Of a stretch of DNA of 38,678 nt, positions 36,481 through 38,678 are shown piece after piece. The translations under genes and the position numbers were made by a program. Location: sequence record SRR2962707_5528; one strand, given 5' to 3'. Positions within the stretch are counted from its first letter, which is position 1, and every line of letters begins with the position of its first letter. The notes below the pieces were generated by a model. It ran no database searches, was not told where the DNA came from, and saw only the letters and a list, made by a program, of their open reading frames with translations.

Positions 36481-36692
36481 TCGTCCATCAAAGCGGCGTT
36501 GTAAATCTGTTCACCGATGTAACCGAGCGACGACTCGATCCCTCTCAACGCCTTTGCGATCTCCATCTGCGCCACGATCGCAGCCTCGCTCTCGGTCAGC
36601 GAGCCGGTCGCACTCTCCTTGGACCCAACCTGCATGTAGTCGAGCTTGTTCTCGTCGTTCAAAAAGAAGCCGCGTGCAATCTCACCAGACAT
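36477..36692 (-). CDS. Small acidic hypothetical protein (moron)
   Basis: ATG at 36692 with GGAGGT RBS. Confidence 0.6.
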   Translation of the reverse strand: MSGEIARGFFLNDENKLDYMQVGSKESATGSLTESEAAIVAQMEIAKALRGIESSLGYIGEQIYNAALMDD

Positions 36693-36712
36693 CAATACCT
36701 CCGTTCCAAAAG

Positions 36713-36823
36713 ACCGGGGCGGGGGCCGGGGCGCGCCAACGCCCCAAGCCGAGCGCGTCAGACGCTCCTGACCAGAACCGGCCGTCAACTGGCCAACCCG
36801 CCACCTCCGCGCGGAGGCGGGCC
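36713..36823. promoter_or_regulatory. Multi-hairpin structured leader upstream of methyltransferase
   Basis: Four consecutive GC-rich hairpins. Confidence 0.5.
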
Positions 36824-36843
36824 CATTACAGGCAATTTTACTG

Positions 36844-37671
36844 ATGGAGTCACACCCGAATTCCGGCCTTACGGCCGTCACGCCGGTTCTGCCGGTCGCA
36901 CCCTACATCGGCGGTAAGAAGAACCTTGCCAAGCGTCTCTGCGCGCTGATCGAGTCCACGCCCCACAAACTCTATGCCGAGCCGTTCGTCGGCATGGGCG
37001 GAATATTCCTCCGCCGGCGTTTTCGGCCGAAATCCGAGGTCATCAACGACCGTAACCGCGAGGTCGCCAACCTGTTCCGGGTCGTGCAGCGGCATTACGT
37101 CCCGTTCCTTCAGATGATCCAGTTCCAGTTGACCGTGCGCGCCGAATTCGAACGCCTGGTCAAGACGGCGCCGGATACACTGACGGACATGGAGCGCGCT
37201 GCCCGGTTTCTCTACATCCAGCGTACCAACTTCGGCGGCAAGGTGGGCGGCACGCCCTCATTCGGCGTCTCGCCCGATCGACCGGCCCGGTTTGACGTGA
37301 CCAAGGTCGGGCCGATGCTGGAGGATCTGCACGCACGCCTCGCCGGCGTTGTGATCGAGTGTCTGGACTTCGCCTCGTTCCTGACTCGCTACGATCGGCC
37401 GCACACGCTCTTCTATCTCGATCCGCCGTATTGGGGCTCGGAGTCCGACTACGGCAAGGAGCTGTTCTCACGGGCCGATTTCGAGCGTCTCAGAGACGTT
37501 TTACGGGGCCTTAAGGGGCGGTTTATGATGTCCCTGAACGACGTCCCCGAGGTCCGTGAGTTGTTCGGAGAGTTCGACATCGAGGCCGTCGACACCACGT
37601 ACTCGATCGCCAAGGCTGGCAACAAGCGCGTCGGCGAGGTGATTATTATGAATGAGGTGCAGCATGAGTAG
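36844..37671 (+). CDS. D12-class N6-adenine DNA methyltransferase (at Mu mom position)
   Basis: YIGGK, YAEPFVGMG, EVIND, FYLDPPYW. Confidence 0.95.
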   Translation: MESHPNSGLTAVTPVLPVAPYIGGKKNLAKRLCALIESTPHKLYAEPFVGMGGIFLRRRFRPKSEVINDRNREVANLFRVVQRHYVPFLQMIQFQLTVRAEFERLVKTAPDTLTDMERAARFLYIQRTNFGGKVGGTPSFGVSPDRPARFDVTKVGPMLEDLHARLAGVVIECLDFASFLTRYDRPHTLFYLDPPYWGSESDYGKELFSRADFERLRDVLRGLKGRFMMSLNDVPEVRELFGEFDIEAVDTTYSIAKAGNKRVGEVIIMNEVQHE

Positions 37672-38179
37672 CGATAGCCCGGACAACGAGCGCTTCGAAC
37701 ACCAGCTACGGCACCAGAGCCGTCTCCTGGAGTGGGAGAAACGCTTCGACTTCGCCACTCACAGCGATCGATTAGCGGGCGAGATTGGAGTTTTCGTTAT
37801 CAAGACGATGCTGCTGATCAACGGGGGCGGCTCCATAGCGCTGATCGGTGCATTCGCAGGCCTGTCTAAGCATGCAACGGTCGGATCAGAGTTGGCATCC
37901 GGCGGCGGGTATTTTCTCTGGGGCCTCACGAGCGCTGTCGCAGGTGCCGTAATCGCCTACTTTTATCAGAGCGTGAATACTGAGAATGAGTGGTACCGTA
38001 TGAGACAGGCTTTCGGAGAGACCAGTGGTCGCAAATGGACAGAACGGACCCGAGTCGCCCTGATCAGCGTCTCGATGGCTTTCTTACTCACTTCTTTTGG
38101 TCTTTTCATTGCCGGCGCTCAGCACGTTCTGGGGGCATTCAATACGACCACTCAAATTAATGCCGGTTGGATGCTTTAG
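37664..38179 (+). CDS. Multi-pass membrane protein (moron)
   Basis: About 3 hydrophobic segments, LLINGGG; GAGGT RBS. Confidence 0.7.
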   Translation: MSSDSPDNERFEHQLRHQSRLLEWEKRFDFATHSDRLAGEIGVFVIKTMLLINGGGSIALIGAFAGLSKHATVGSELASGGGYFLWGLTSAVAGAVIAYFYQSVNTENEWYRMRQAFGETSGRKWTERTRVALISVSMAFLLTSFGLFIAGAQHVLGAFNTTTQINAGWML

Positions 38180-38195
38180 GTGTGGGACTGAAGCG

Positions 38196-38615
38196 GTGAA
38201 ATGGGATCTGGAGCCGTGGTTCGATAAGGCCACCGACGCTTTTCTCGACTGGACCAACTCGTCTGGTTGGCAGGTGGCAAACCGCATTTTTTCGCTCGTC
38301 GGCTGGCTGATGCTCGCGGCTGCCGTCGTCGCGATCGGTGAGCAGACAAAGGACGCTGCAATTGCCTTCGTGGGTATCATTCTGGCCGCGCTCTGGGTGG
38401 TCGCGGCCTTGTCTCAACTGTTCCGGTTCATGGGGTGGGGCCAGGATCTCGTACTCAAGAGACTCTGGGCTGACGAAGAGCCGCCGACGCCCATCCGGGC
38501 AGCGCTCGCGCTGGGCGGTTTCTTCATCGCCGTATGCTTGTCGGTCGTGGTCTTTCTGGACGTCCTCGACGTTGCTATGGCTATTGCCCGAGCTGTCGCG
38601 AAAGCGGGCTCATGA
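38196..38615 (+). CDS. Multi-pass membrane protein (moron)
   Basis: About 3 hydrophobic segments; GTG start uncertain. Confidence 0.65.
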   Translation: MKWDLEPWFDKATDAFLDWTNSSGWQVANRIFSLVGWLMLAAAVVAIGEQTKDAAIAFVGIILAALWVVAALSQLFRFMGWGQDLVLKRLWADEEPPTPIRAALALGGFFIAVCLSVVVFLDVLDVAMAIARAVAKAGS

Positions 38616-38627
38616 GGAGGAATTTTT

Positions 38628-38677
38628 CTGCTACAAGTTCAAATGGCGTCGAGTCTAGAAACAAGTGCCGCGCTACA
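38628..38677 (-). repeat. Right end (attR): CA terminus plus putative sites R1/R2
   Basis: Reverse complement TGTAGCGCGGCACTTGTTTCTAGACTCG; weaker second site TTTGAACTTGTAGCAG 22 bp further in. Confidence 0.75.
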
Positions 38678-38678
38678 G

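Larger units (their letters stand above)
4..38677. mobile_element. Complete Mu-like transposable (pro)phage with contractile tail
   Basis: TGTA...TACA termini with imperfect inverted repeats; c/ner/A/B early module; Mu-like gene order through head, tail and baseplate. Confidence 0.95.

Noticed and set aside
34309-36700. Invertible G segment or diversity-generating retroelement
   Set aside because: No invertase, reverse transcriptase, duplicated fibre ends or TR/VR pair seen

Overview
The window appears to be an essentially complete Mu-like transposable (pro)phage of about 38.7 kb with a contractile tail, probably from an alphaproteobacterium (host is inference). It runs from a TG at 4 to a CA at 38677 with imperfect terminal inverted repeats. 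Gene order is: repressor/ner switch; ParB-like, MuA and MuB; accessory early genes (DnaA-CTD, Gam, NDT-like, MT-A70, GemA, Mor-like); lysis (GH108 endolysin, lipoprotein, class-3 lipase); terminase, portal and MuF; a fused protease-scaffold-capsid gene; a Mu-type tail and baseplate; a short fibre plus SPRY protein; a D12-class adenine methyltransferase; and two terminal membrane morons. The best candidate for an undescribed system is a MuF protein with a C-terminal PBECR-like nuclease extension. It has no protein immunity gene but is faced by a convergent, roughly 140-nt structured RNA with tRNA/tmRNA-like topology and its own promoter and terminator (candidate RNA antitoxin). Other notable points are a lipase inside the lysis cassette, a capsid polyprotein rich in hydrophobic-X-E-A/S motifs, and twin 18-bp late-promoter palindromes. 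All family calls are from motif recognition by eye and were not confirmed by database searches.
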